Below are positions 1 to 11,837 of a stretch of DNA of 64,000 nucleotides, in pieces. Source of the DNA: Zygnema circumcarinatum SAG 698-1b (Eukaryota; Plantae; Zygnematophyceae); contig CM074813.1 of the NCBI GenBank assembly GCA_037447605.1, positions 1,798,001 to 1,862,000 of the forward strand, read 5' to 3'. Both the position numbers and the translations under genes were made by a program. The notes beneath the pieces are model-generated. The model saw nothing but the letters and a program-made list of their open reading frames with translations. It was not told where the DNA came from and made no database searches. Numbering within the stretch: position 1 is the stretch's first letter; each line of letters starts with the position of its first letter.

Positions 1-3000
1 GGGGGAATTCCCATGTTTGGAAGCCCTGGAGGGAGATGAGACATGGATGCGGAGAGATGGGGATGTGGGATTTGATGCGGGAGAGAGGGGGGAAGCATGG
101 CACCCATCTCAGGATGTGCATCTGGGGGTATTCGGAGCTTCATGAGAGTGAACTGATGATTCGGAGGAAAGGTCGAGCGGACCGGCTCTACGGGAAGACC
201 TCTACTATTCCATCTTGGGCTCTCCCTTCCAAAAATGTCCCTCCGAAACCCTTCCCTAACAAAGGGCTCACGCGTTTGATCGCTGAACTGCCTTTCCTGG
301 CTTACATCTCTCACCGGAAAGGTATCGCACCCTCCATCTTGTCTAAGTCCCCCCTCTTGGAAAGGCATATTGTCTCTGCTGCCCAGATCTCTTCCGTACA
401 AGTTTCCTACGTAATTTTCCCTCCCACTCACATCACATGCGAATCCCTCTCGAGTGTAGCCCTCCCGCACAGGCTCCCTTCCAAAACCATCATGGCCTTC
501 CATAGTGGAAGCAGTTGTTACCCCCGAACTCGGTTTATGCATTAAGCTTGTGCCTGATGCAGACAAGTGTCCATCCCACCCTCTCGTCACATACTCCGGC
601 AGAGGAGTAGCGAAGGGGAGACGAACATCTGTTAGAGGAGTAGAGAGAGAGAGATGGCCATTCACGAGCTCACTTCGGTGTTTAAGCCTTGAACTCTGTA
701 GGGGGCTGCCCAGCCCCTTTGTAGTTCCCTCCTCCCTGTCAGAAACCCTCAAAGGAGAGCCGAGATGCTGCAGGTGATGAGGGGATACGTTCAAAGCTGC
801 TGCTCCCACAATCTGCATATTTTCGCCCTCTTTTCCGATCCTCAGACCATTTGCAGGGGAGGATATTCTCTCCCTCCACTGAATGGAATCGCCAAAATTG
901 ACGAACGCCGACGACTGCCCTATTCGTAGTTCATTGTTTTTCAGAGGGGATCGGACACCTGCAGGACAGTTAACAGCCAATGTGAACGCAGATTCTGTAC
1001 CGGATGGGAATCGAAGCACTCGAATTGGAAATTTAGTGGAGAAGAAGATATGCGCTCGCTCCTTACTACAGGCTTCGTTTGTCTTCTCTTCTCTCCCCTT
1101 TCCTCTCCTCTGCACTCTCTCCTGACCTCTCCTACGTTCACTCCTAACAAACAAGTCGGCACTACACCCGTCTGATTAACCCTTTGACAAGGGTTTTTTT
1201 TCTGCAACACGGAGAGACTTTCTATGAATTCAAGCAAAGAGCAAAGAGCTGTCGAGTGATGACCAGTCAGCAAGGATGAAGTATGCGAGTTTACCCAGCA
1301 ACTTCTCTGACTTTTCGGGAGATTTTTTCCAGTCGTCTGGAGCTTTCCGCTCTACATCTAAGGAGGCTCGAACATGAGATGCGTCGGCGGACAGTTTCAA
1401 GGAGAGCTCCAAAACCGGCGAACGCTGCGCAGGAAAAAATTGACGAAATTCATTCAATCATTTGCAGACAAAGGCCAATTACAATACAAGCTCCCAATGA
1501 TCGCTGCACAACAGAAACAAAAAAAATGGCATCCGCATCCTACAAGCTAAAAACGATCCATTTAGGTCGAAAAACGCGGAGTTCCTAAAATGTAGTGTGC
1601 ACATACGAATTAAAAGGGAAATCCTTAGCTGCTTACAAACACTTCATACATTGATTACGGACGAAATCTGAGATCCGAAACCTAAGCTACAACATGCAAC
1701 GACAAAGGGACCGCCAATTCTCACCGGAATTTCATCCTTCCCATCGTCCCCACTTCCCACTTCCAGTACACTTGTTGCCGGCTCTGACTTCTTCCTATCA
1801 TCCGTATCATCTGAGAACAGATCCGTACTGTTTGTGTTTGACTCGCTGGGGTCCTGAAGGAAACTGTCCAGCGGAGGATCGTTGATATTCAATCCGTTCA
1901 TTCGGTTTCTATCAGACAACCCAATCTGCACATTCAGAAAAACCCACATTTAGACTGCCACAATGACCCACATCTTTGACGCAGTCGACCTAATTATGAA
2001 AGCATCCCAATTAAACCAAACTACAATGGACAATACTTAGAGTCCCCTCTCTTTCAAATGCAACATCCTATCAACCCATTACGATGTTGATTCGTCCTGC
2101 CGCTTTGTATCAAACACCATACAATCCAGAAAAAAAAATGAGCTGAGGGCAGCATCCGGCTTACTTCTCTCCGCCTCCTCCACATGTGGGTCCAAAGGTT
2201 GAGCAGCTCATTCGTCCTCAGAGGCTTCACCAAATAGTCCGCAGCTCCTAGCCGGAGACATTTCACCACAACGGCCATTTCATCTCTTGAAGACATCACT
2301 GCAATGCGGAAGAGCTTATCACTGTATCAGGTTCGATAGTTTCACTCAAGTGAGGAGGGATAGAAAAACCACACACCCTCATTCCACTCACACGCCCACT
2401 CCAGTAAACCCAATTTTGTAAAAGACTGGATGCCCACTTTCTTCACTAGCTTTTAATCACTTCTGAAAACATCATTTCATTCTGACTTTCCCCTTTCACT
2501 ATGCCTCGAGAGAGGGAGAGGTGAGAGGAGGGGGAGGGAGAGTCTTTCAGCTTCCTCGCAACCTTCCACTCTTTCCTCCTCTGCCTCACCTTCTCTCCTT
2601 CCTTCTATACTCCCCATCCTTTATACACTTGATCAAAATTTCCACTCGGATATCTCCAAGCCAACCACCCATCAACCCCACCAGAAGTAAAAGCGAGACT
2701 GTAACTGCCATTTCTGTCCCCTCTCCTCTCTTCATAGTTTCACCTCTCTCAAATCCCCTCTCTTCTTTCTCCGACAATCTGTTCAACAATTTTTCAGACC
2801 GCATCATCTGTTCCTACGCGGACACCGAAACATATAGAACGAGAGGACGTGTGTACTCACTGACAACAGGGATCTGCTTAAGGCGCTCCTCCTTCATGAT
2901 GTGCTTCAGCATCTTGTAGCCCTTTCCGTTGGGCAGTTCCACCTCCGCCAGAATGAGGTCCACTGACGGCCCGTTCGACTGCAGCACTTCCAGCGCTTGC

Positions 3001-3951
3001 CTCGCATTTTCGACAGGTGTAACTGTGGCCGCAAGAGCGCGGGAGATACAGAGAGAGAGGGAGAGAGGGAGAGAGGGGTGGGGGGGGAGAATCAGAGGGA
3101 GAGAGGAAAAGAGGTAGGGATTCTCTGTCTCAGTAGAAGTAGATCTGTTGGTGACCGACACGGTTCCTCTCCCTCCTCAGGGTGCCCTCTTTTCCACTTG
3201 CTCAACGTACCTTAACCTTATGCTGCTTTCTCGTTCTCTATATCTCTCCGCATCCTGTCCGTTATAACCATCTCACTCTCCCCCTCACACACTTTCTCTC
3301 GCTGCATTTTTCAGGCGCTCTCACACTCCCAGCCTCTCCCTCTCGCTTCTCTGCCTCGCTTTCCCACTTCCATCACCGTCGCCACTCTAGTCTTTTGCAC
3401 CTTCCGCTAAATCTCTCACAGTGTCCCTACGTTTCCCCTTGCCCCCTTCTCATTACCTCCGTCCTTCCTCCCTCCCTCCCTCTCCTTGCAACCTCCTCTC
3501 AACCTATCCCTACCCTCTCTTCCTCTTCTCCCTCTCCCTCTTCTCATCAACCCTTCCTCCCTGACACTCTCCATTCCTCTCTCCTTCCTCCCGTTCCATC
3601 CACTTCCCCCACCCCCCCCCCCCCTTCCTTTCCATGCCATCCTCCCATTCCCCATTCGCCCGCTTTGCACTCTCTTCCCCTCTACCCCTCCTCTCCGTCC
3701 CACCCCCCTCCCCATCCCTCCAGCTCTCTCTCCCCTCTCCGTCTCGGCCCAAGAGCCGTCCCCGCCTTCCAGCCGCGCAGGGCTCCCCTACCTTTGTAGG
3801 AGCAGCGGCGCAGGAGTTCCAGGACGTCCTGGCGCGAGTCGCTGTCCTTATCGGACAAAAGGATGTGCACGCTGCTGCGCTGGAACGAGGACGAGGGCGA
3901 GTGCCCGGGCCCGCGCAGGGCCACGCTGCCCGCGCTGCTCATCTCCCGCAT
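1..3951 (-). CDS. TOC1: TOC1/APRR1-type pseudo-response regulator (circadian clock), 5' part; the gene continues beyond the left edge, where the CCT domain is expected
   Basis: Spliced exons 3951-3792, 3022-2861, 2298-2165 and 1925-1725 (GT-AG). They give ...RSSVHILLSDKDSDSRQDVLELLRRCSYKVTPVENARQALEVLQSNGPSVDLILAEVELPNGKGYKMLKHIMKEERLKQIPVVMMSSRDEMAVVVKCLRLGAADYLVKPLRTNELLNLWTHMWRRRRE-IGLSD...SESNTNSTDLFSDDTDDR. This matches the Arabidopsis TOC1 receiver and the following SDPNTNSTNLFSDDTDDR motif. Glu replaces the phospho-acceptor Asp (DLILAE). Probable further exons lie at ~1410-1294 and ~1065-960, plus an open exon 767-1; those boundaries are less certain. Confidence 0.92.
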
Positions 3952-4486
3952 CGTTGTCCCCCCGCCCGCTGCTGCCGCCGCGTGTGACGGATGGTCTCAC
4001 CGCGATGACGCTCCGCTCCACGATGCTGCTGCAGAGCGCTCCTGCATCATCGCATGCCCACGCCCTAAAGAACGCCACGAGCTTGCCGCTGCATCATCGC
4101 GCGGGGGGGAGGATCTGAGAGGCGGCGGGGGGTTCAGGAAGTGCACGGCAGCACAGAAACCCTAGGTCATAGGACTGGCAGCCATGGCTGCCAGGATGCC
4201 CCCTTCTGCTCCTTCCCTTGCGCTCCGGCAACCCGCGCTGCTTCGCCGGGCCCTCCTCTTTCCAAAATTGCGGACCAGGAAAGTGAATACATTCGAAATA
4301 TCGCGCACGAAAAACAATTGGCGCATTTTCACAGTGTAAACCAAAAAAGCGCAGCGAAAATGGATCTCGCGCGTGCGAAACCCGCCGCGTTCGGCTGCCC
4401 GGAGCGGAAATTAAAAAATTCTCTCAAAAAATCTCCTCTCAGAGGGGGAGAACTTTCGCAGGGCAGAAGGGACGCGCGGGGGCGGA

Positions 4487-4732
4487 CACGTGGCGCAATG
4501 AGGGGCGCCCTGAGATCAATATCTGGCCCTTGCGGCCTCCAATGCGCCCGGGATCAACGCTGTGATTTTTGCGGGATTTAACCGCGGGGGCTCGGATTCA
4601 CGCTGGTGGATCGAGATTAACGATTTTGGACTAGACATCTATCCTTAGTAGAGCAACTCTCGGCCGCCTTCGACCGTCCCATGGAATCGACGGCTCTCCG
4701 CAATCCAGGGCGGTCGGGACGAGTAAATATCT
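4487..4732. promoter_or_regulatory. Candidate TOC1 promoter elements: G-box CACGTG (4487), CAATATCT (4517) and evening-element-like AAATATCT (4725)
   Basis: Motifs read directly, 540-780 bp upstream of the TOC1 ATG. The land-plant TOC1 evening element is AAAATATCT; here 8 of 9 bases match. Motifs this short can occur by chance. Confidence 0.35.
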
Positions 4733-5424
4733 GACGCCGCTTTTTGCACTTTTTTTGTCGGTGGTGTACGGTCTCACTGTACGGCTGGGTTGACGACGAA
4801 ACGTCGGAGCGCTTTTTTCACACGTGGCGGGCGGCGGGCGTTCCTAAATTTGCGATTCTTTCTTTCCCCGTATTTATGTCCGAATGACGGGTGCGAGCAA
4901 AAGACTGTTTATCGTCGTTCGGCATAATACGCCAAAACAGTCCGTATTAACATGGATTTTTGGATCGAGCTCGAGCTGCAATGTACGGTTACGGCTCACC
5001 AGCAGCAGAATCCGTACGTTTTTCGTACGAACAGCGTCGCCATCTGTGGCGCTGGAGCCAATCAGCGGGCATCTCTACACTTGCGGGATCCATTGTCGTC
5101 TGCGGCGGATCGGGCCGCTCAGGCGCAGCCACGTGGCCGCGGGGGGGCCGCATGGCAGTGCTGACGCGGCACCTCATCGGGTTTGGATTGGGAGTTACAT
5201 GGAATAGCGTTACTGCTGCACATTCCAGTTCATTTGCCCCTTTTTTTTTATGAAAACTAAAATCGGTTGCACCCATCACGTCACATGCCGTACTTGTGTC
5301 CTCTGAACCCTCCCAAACTTGCAAATGCCCAAACGCCAAAACTTCAACCTCCCTGAAACTCGAAATTCCTTAACCCTGAAACCGCTGCTGTAACTAACTG
5401 TTATTCCGCAAGTACGCGAGCTCT

Positions 5425-5482
5425 GAACCCCATCCCTAACCCTAACTCTTAAACCCTAACGCCACCTAAACCCTAAACCCTG
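5425..5482 (+). promoter_or_regulatory. Telo-box-like AAACCCTA/CCCTAA cluster just upstream of the CCDC22 ATG
   Basis: ccctaaccctaac...aaaccctaac...taaaccctaaaccct. Similar motifs precede the TM9SF ATG (ggttagggttagggctagg, ~46281) and lie near mtACP (aaaccctaa, ~54065). Confidence 0.45.
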
Positions 5483-5518
5483 CTGCCGCCCGGACCCGAA
5501 CCCTTCCGGCCGGGCGCC

Positions 5519-8500
5519 ATGGAGGACGCGGACGCCATCCTCCTCGGCGAGCTGCGTGAGGCGGGCTGCCCCCTCCCAGCGGATGCGTGCCACGTGGCCC
5601 ATTTGGGGCCTTCGGATATCGCGGCGGCCTGCCGGCTCTGCCTGCGGCTCATCGACGGCCAGGAGGGCGCCGGCGCGGGGGGGAGCGCTCTCCCGGAAGA
5701 AACTTCCGCACGGTTTCGTGCATGCAGCGATCTGGCCGTCGAGGTTCAGCGGCTAGGGTTCAGGGGTGAACTCGGATTCCACCAGGCACGCGCCTGTGAG
5801 CCCTGAACCCCTGCGCCCACCCTAAAACCCTGACCTAGGTCGGCTCTTTACCCCAATGCATCTGAACCCTGCAGCACTCTGAAAGCAATAACCTTAAACC
5901 CTCTCTCTCGTCTCGACTCTGAACCTTGCAAAAATGCCGCAACCCTAAAATTCCTATTCGAGGCTCTACCTTGAACCCTTGGATGCCCTAGGGTACCTTG
6001 AAGTAGGGCTACGCCTTTATGTTTCGGGTTTTTAGGGTTTAAGGGCAGAGGTTTAGTATTACAGCACGCGAGTGTTGAAGATTAGATCGGGAACTTCAGT
6101 GTTGGGAGTTTAGGGGCTGTTTTTATGTGGGGGGGGTTAGGGTTTATGGTTTGTGATAGGAGCATAGGGATTTAGCAGAGGGGTCTCTGATCATTTAAGG
6201 TGTACTTTGTATGTCACTCTATTGTGTTTTTTTTTTTTTTTTTTTTATCTTCTTTAGGATTGATTTAATTGGGCGTTGTTGTTGTTCTTTTGTGAATCTG
6301 GGAGCCACTGAGACCTTTGATTTCCTGAACCCCTGAACTCGTGAACCCTAGAAATTTGAAATCCCTTTTAAGTTCACACCATTTTCTAAGGTGATGGTTC
6401 GGCAACGACCGTCTTATTCTTCATAATGAAGAATTGCTGACACTTACTTTACATAGTCATTCTCATTTTTAGCTTGAGTTTAGGGTTCAGTTGCGTCCAT
6501 GAGCCCCGTGCGACTTAAGACGCTTTTCAATGGCGGGATATCGGAATATGTTTGAGGGCGACTAGAAGTAGGGATTGACGAAAGAGAGGGAGAGAGAACG
6601 AGAGAGGGGGAGAGGTGGCAGAGTGAGCGTGGAAACGGATCAGAGAGAAAGGTAGGATACACTGTACACACTTGGGAGATAATTTTTTAACGAATTTCTG
6701 CCATTGCGGTTTATGTTTCAGGGCCTTCAGGGAATCAAGGCCTTTGAATCTTTTAGGATTGCATGGATTACAGTATTGCTTTACACGTCTCCAGTTACTA
6801 AACAACCGAATTTGCTGTGTATGTGCTTCGCTTTACAGTTCCTATATCCTGAGGAAAATGATACTCGCCGGCTATTCCGATTTTTGGTTGATCGAATTTC
6901 AGAATCCGCAGCAAGAGGGAGGAGGGTGGGAGAGAGAAGGAGGGCCAAGGGAGGGAGTGGGGAGGTGTTGGGAGGAGGTTCGAGGAAGGGAGAGTCTGGG
7001 GGAGGCGTCGGGCCAGCTGTGAAGCAGGCATTGGCTCCACTGCTGGAATTGGATTCAAAGACATCAAAGTGGAAACTTGGAGGTAAAGGAGGGTCTCAAT
7101 TGGCTGCAAAACCAGCATCTGTGGAGAATGGAGGGAGAGGAGGGAGAGAGGGAGGAGGAGGAGGAGGCGCTCTCTTTCGCTCAGTGCCCTTATTGGGTTT
7201 GGAAGAGGCATCCTCAGCGGGGCAGTCGAAAGATTTAAGGAACTTGCCTCTTTTTACTGCGCAAGTAAAATCAAGGGAGTTAATAGGGCCTTCTGTGCTC
7301 GAATATAATGCGAATGGAGTTGTTTCGTCAGCTCGAAGGGCGGAAGCCCAGCTTGAGAAGTTAGCAGGGGGGAGAGGGAAGGAGAGAGAGTGTGCGGAGG
7401 GGGAGAGTGAGGTTCGTGTGATAACATGGGGAGACTTTGGAGGATGTGAGAGAAGAAAGCAGGGTATAGTGGGTGCTTTTGACGATGAAACGAGGGACAG
7501 AGATTCGAGAGAGAGAAATAGAGAGAATCTATGCAATGGTTACAAGATGGAGGATGGGAGTGTCATGGAGCGGGAGAGCGTTAGGGACAGTGGGAGGGAG
7601 GAAGTAGAAGCAGAAGCAAAGCTGTTGGTTATCGAGGAGTTCCGACGGAAATTGGAGATTCTAATAATGGACAATGATGAGGTATTTTTGAAAAGACGCT
7701 TAAGAAAATCCCCTTCGTCAAAATGTGTTTGTCCAATAGCTTTGCTTATTTTTGTCGCGACTGTTTTACTGTAGTGCAGGTGGAAAGGGGGTATCGAGAG
7801 ATACAGGACGAAGCTGCAGAAATCCAGTCAAGAATTAAGGACGGAGAAAGTTTGGTTAGTACAACTCAACGGGAGACGGTCTTGTTAGAGAGAGCAGCGA
7901 ACTTGTTACTTGAAAGCAGCTCAACTCCGGAAGAGATTTTGCGTTCACTGAAGAATGACGAGAGGGATGAAGCAGCCCATTTGGCCGCCCTCCAGGAAGA
8001 GTGGTAAGAACTTCAAAGTCATTTGAAGTTTTAGGCCGTTGGAGTTCTATTTAAGGCTGTGGGGATTCTGGGTTTAACGTCCTTTGCTTGTCAGAGTCTC
8101 CCTATGTTCCACATTCCGCTTTGTGTTCTTGTTCGGAACAAATTTGGTGCTTATTGGAATTGCAACCTAAGCGGTTCTGGAGGATTTTTTTGAATCTAGG
8201 GAGAACGTCCGGCGACCTTTAGAAGACAGGTTGGAAGAAATGCGAAGATCAGCAGAGAAGGCGAAAGAAGAGGACGATGTGCTGCTGAGTCGAATTCGGG
8301 AGCTCCAAGCCGAGTCGAAAGCCCTCACTGCACAAATACGCGACAGGTGGCAAAATGCTGCTCTCGCCATTCGTTTGATATGGTACATGCAGTGGGTGCA
8401 ATTGTGTTGCAGGAGAGGATGCATGTCGATGTTTTGCCATCTTGATGCTGCAGACCGTAAAGAGGCAGTATGCGGAATGAATTTTGGGGACTTTAGGGCT

Positions 8501-10833
8501 CTCTCAGACGCTGTATGCTTCTAGTTTTTAGGAAATTTAGGGCTACGGACCTTGTAGGGTTAATGTTTAGCTTCCTGAATTTTGTGAAGCAGGTTTTCGT
8601 TTTCCTTTGAATGGATGTGAACAGCAACTGACTGACCATTCATGCGGTGACGAAATGTTCAGAGAAGCGGAGCACATGGAACTGCTGGAGGCCACGGAAG
8701 GAGCACCGACAGGCGTGACCCGCGCGGTGTACCTGCGGCGCATGATGGACATTGTACGGAGCGTCCGAAAGCAGGACGAGGCCATCCGGGCCATCGGGGC
8801 CGACACGAGGGCCCTGCAGAGGGAGAGCAACAGCACCCAGGAGCGTCTACGCCGGTCACACGTCATGGCAGATGAACTCATCTACAGGTGACATGCATCA
8901 TGCATGTCTGGATGGGAGGGGATGGGATGGGGGATGGGGGATGGGGGATGGGGGATGGGGGAGGGGGGATGGGGGATGGGGGTGGGGGATGGGGGTGGGG
9001 GTGGGGGATGGGGGTGGGGGTGGGGGATGGGGGTGGGGGTGGGGGATGGGGGTGGGGGTGGGGGATGGGGGTGGAGGTGGGGGTGGGGGTGGGGGTGGGG
9101 GTGAGGTGGGGGATGGGGGATGGGGGTGGGGGATGGGGATGGAGTGGGGGGTGGGGGTGGGGGGTGGGGGGTGGGGGTGGGGGTTGGGGGGGGGGTGGGG
9201 GGGGGGGAGGGGGTGGGGGGGGGGGGGGGTGGGGGTGGGGGTGGGGGTGAGGGTGGGGGTGTGTGGGGGGTGGGGGGGGGGGGGGGGGTGGGGGGGTGGG
9301 GGTGGGGGTGGGGTGGGGGGGGGGTGGGGGTGTAGGGGGGGGGGTGGGTGGGGCGGGGGTGGGGGTTGGGGGGGGGGTGGGGGTGGGGGTGGGGGTGAGG
9401 GTGGGGGTGGGGTGGGGGTGTGGGGTGTGGGGGGGGGGGGGGTGGGGGGGGGTGGGGGGGGTGTGGTTTGTGTGGGTGTGGGGTGGGTGGTGGGGGGGGT
9501 GGGGGTGGGGGGGGGGGGTGGGGGTGGGGGGGGGGGGGTGGGGGTGGGGGTGAGGGTGAGGGTGAGGGTGGGGGTGAGGGTGAGGGTGGGGGTGAGGGTG
9601 GGGGTGGGGGTGAGGGTGAGGGTGAGGGTGAGGGTGGGGGTGAGGATGGGGGTGGGGGATGGGGGTGGGGGTGGGGAGGTGGGGGTGGGGGTGGAGTGGG
9701 GGTGGGGGTGAGGGTGGGGGGTGGGGGAGTGGGGGATAGAGATAGAGATAGAGATAGAGATAGAGATAGAGATAGAGATAGAGATAGAGATAGAGATAGA
9801 GATAGAGATAGAGATAGAGATAGAGATAGAGATAGAGATAGAGATAGAGATAGAGATGGGGGTGGGGGTGGGGGTGGGGGTGAGGGGTGAGGGTGGGGGG
9901 TGGGGGTGGGGGGTAGAGGGTGGGGGGTGAGGGTGGGGGTGGGGAGTGGGGGTGGGGGTGGGGGTGGGGGGTAGGGGGGTGGGGGTGGGGAGGTGGGGGT
10001 GGGGAGGTGGGGGTGGGGTGGGGGGTGGGGAGGTGGGGGTGGGGGTGGGGGAGTGGGGGTGGGGGTGGGGGGTGGGGGTGGGGGTGAGGGTGGGGGGTGA
10101 GGGTGGGGGTGGGGGTGGGGGTGCAGGGGTGGGGGTGGGGGTGGGGGTGGGGGTGGGGGTGGGGGTGGGTGGGGGGTGAGTGGGGTGGGGGATGGGGGAT
10201 GGGGGTGGGGGTGGGGGATGGGGGTGGGGGATGGGGGTGGGGGATGGGGGTGGGGGTGGGGGTGGGGGAGTGGGGGGTGGGGGTGGGGGTGGGGGATGGG
10301 GGTGGGGGTGGGGGTGAGGATGGGGGTGGGGGTGGGGGTGGGGGTGGGGGTGGGGGATGGAGTGGGGGTGGGGGTGGGGGTGAGGATGGGGGTGGGGGAT
10401 GGGGGATGGGGGATGGGGGATGGGGGATGGGGGATGGGGGATGGGGGATGGGGGATGGGGGATGGGGAGGCGCTTCGGAGCATGCCAGATGCCAAATGCT
10501 ACAGGCCACATGCCATACGCCTAGAGGCGCTGACGTTGTGTGGCCTTTTTGCTTCCCAGGGATGCCAAAAAGGACCCGGTCTGCCGTCAGGCGTACCGCC
10601 TCCTTAACGATATTCACCTGCGATTTGCCGATCTAGTGGAGCGAGTCGCTGAGACCAACTCGGTCGAGCGAGAGATGGCCGATCTGGAGGGCAAGCTGGA
10701 GGCTCTCGGTAAGCAACACCTGGACACGAAGAGAGTTAGGGCTGACCTGCAAGCAGTGAAGGCGGAGAACGAGGCTCTCCGGGAGAGGGCCCAAAAATTG
10801 GGCTTGCTTGCGCCCTCCTCCCTCCTCCCTTGA
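5519..10833 (+). CDS. CCDC22: CCDC22 homologue (CCC/Commander endosomal recycling complex), 6 exons
   Basis: Exons 5519-5785, 6839-7681, 7780-8003, 8200-8346, 8663-8887 and 10560-10833. The N-terminus MEDADAILLGELREAG...SARFRACSDLA..ELGFHQ|FLYPEENDTRRLFRFLVDR resembles human CCDC22 (MEEADRILIHSLRQAG...LGYQNFLYPSE). The C-terminus RAVYLRRMMDIVRSVRKQDE...ADELIYR|DAKKDPVCRQAYRLLNDIH matches DELVFKDAKKD. Intron 1 needs a GC donor. Confidence 0.93.
8910..10467 (+). repeat. G-rich compound microsatellite filling CCDC22 intron 5: (GGGGGAT)n, (GGGGGT)n and (GAGGGT)n
   Basis: About 1.55 kb of near-continuous G-run repeats between the exon 5 donor (8888) and the exon 6 acceptor (10559). Confidence 0.95.
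9735..9857 (+). repeat. Perfect (GAGATA)n hexamer, about 20 units, in the middle of the G-rich intron
   Basis: Read directly. Confidence 0.95.
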
Positions 10834-11050
10834 ACTTGGAAGGAGGTAACAACTTTCTGGCAGTCAGGCGCTTCATAATGGCTGCAGTGCCTATATGTGC
10901 ACTTTGAAGGTGCTGTAGAGACTGGTAGTTTAAAGAAATTTGCTGATTTGTTTTTGGGATGATCAGTCAAAGAAAAAGATACAAGATGTCCAACAGATCG
11001 TTCTACGGTAAAGATTTGAAACTGTATATACCCATTTACCTCATATAATT

Positions 11051-11099
11051 GAAAGTGAAACTGAAAGTGAAACTGAAAGTGAAACTGAAAGTGAAACTG
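11051..11099 (+). repeat. (GAAAGTGAAACT)x4 tandem repeat between convergent 3' ends
   Basis: Read directly. Confidence 0.9.
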
Positions 11100-11837
11100 C
11101 AATTAATGTTCTGAAGTTGAAGGGAGAGAGGGTTTACATGACATGGCATAACTGAAACATGAGTGTTGAGAGAATCTGAATAAGATTTTATTTGCATACA
11201 AAAAAAGACACGAGGCTTCGCCTGGAGGGGCACAGATCTACAAACTCTACACATATTTTACAGATTATAATCGTAGCAGCTTTAGCAGACCTTGGTCATC
11301 TTTTTGGTCATCTTTCTAGACACCTTTATCATTCCGTATCGCCTTCACACAGCTATTCTGCATTCTCATTCCCCTTTCACTAAGCTTATCAAAAAAGACA
11401 CGTTGGGCCGAGCCTGCTGAAAGTTCTGGACAAAAAGAGAGTTAGGCCAGAGATTTTGTACTTTTCCATGTCCTCCATAAATTAGTTATCATCTGCAGCT
11501 GCAGTAAAGCAACCTGTCGTCATGGGAAGCTGTCGATAAAAAAGGAGGTGACCAAAGCACCTTAACGAGACAATCGTCACTCGAAAAATCTCGTCTGAGG
11601 AAAGTCGGAACCGCAAATAGAAAGTCGTAAACTCATTCGAGTTGATGGCGACCGTCAAAAATGAGGTGACGAAGAAGCTCGCTATTTAAAGAAGGGAGTC
11701 GATTTGGTAGGTACAGTTCGGGTTGACAAAATAGTTGCCTCTAAAGACAAAACTGGAACTTCTTTATTCCTCGTTCAGTAGGATGAGGTTTGGGAGAGAG
11801 GCGCGGAGAACAGACCATATTCCATTCTCGTCAAACA

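Noticed and set aside
36-777. Plus-strand ORFs 36-545 and 505-777
   Set aside because: Antisense to the open TOC1 exon 767-1.
8752-10636. Pro/His/Thr-rich or Gly-rich 300-580-aa ORFs (extensin-like)
   Set aside because: They are translations of the intronic G-rich microsatellite, open in nearly all frames and lying inside CCDC22 intron 5.
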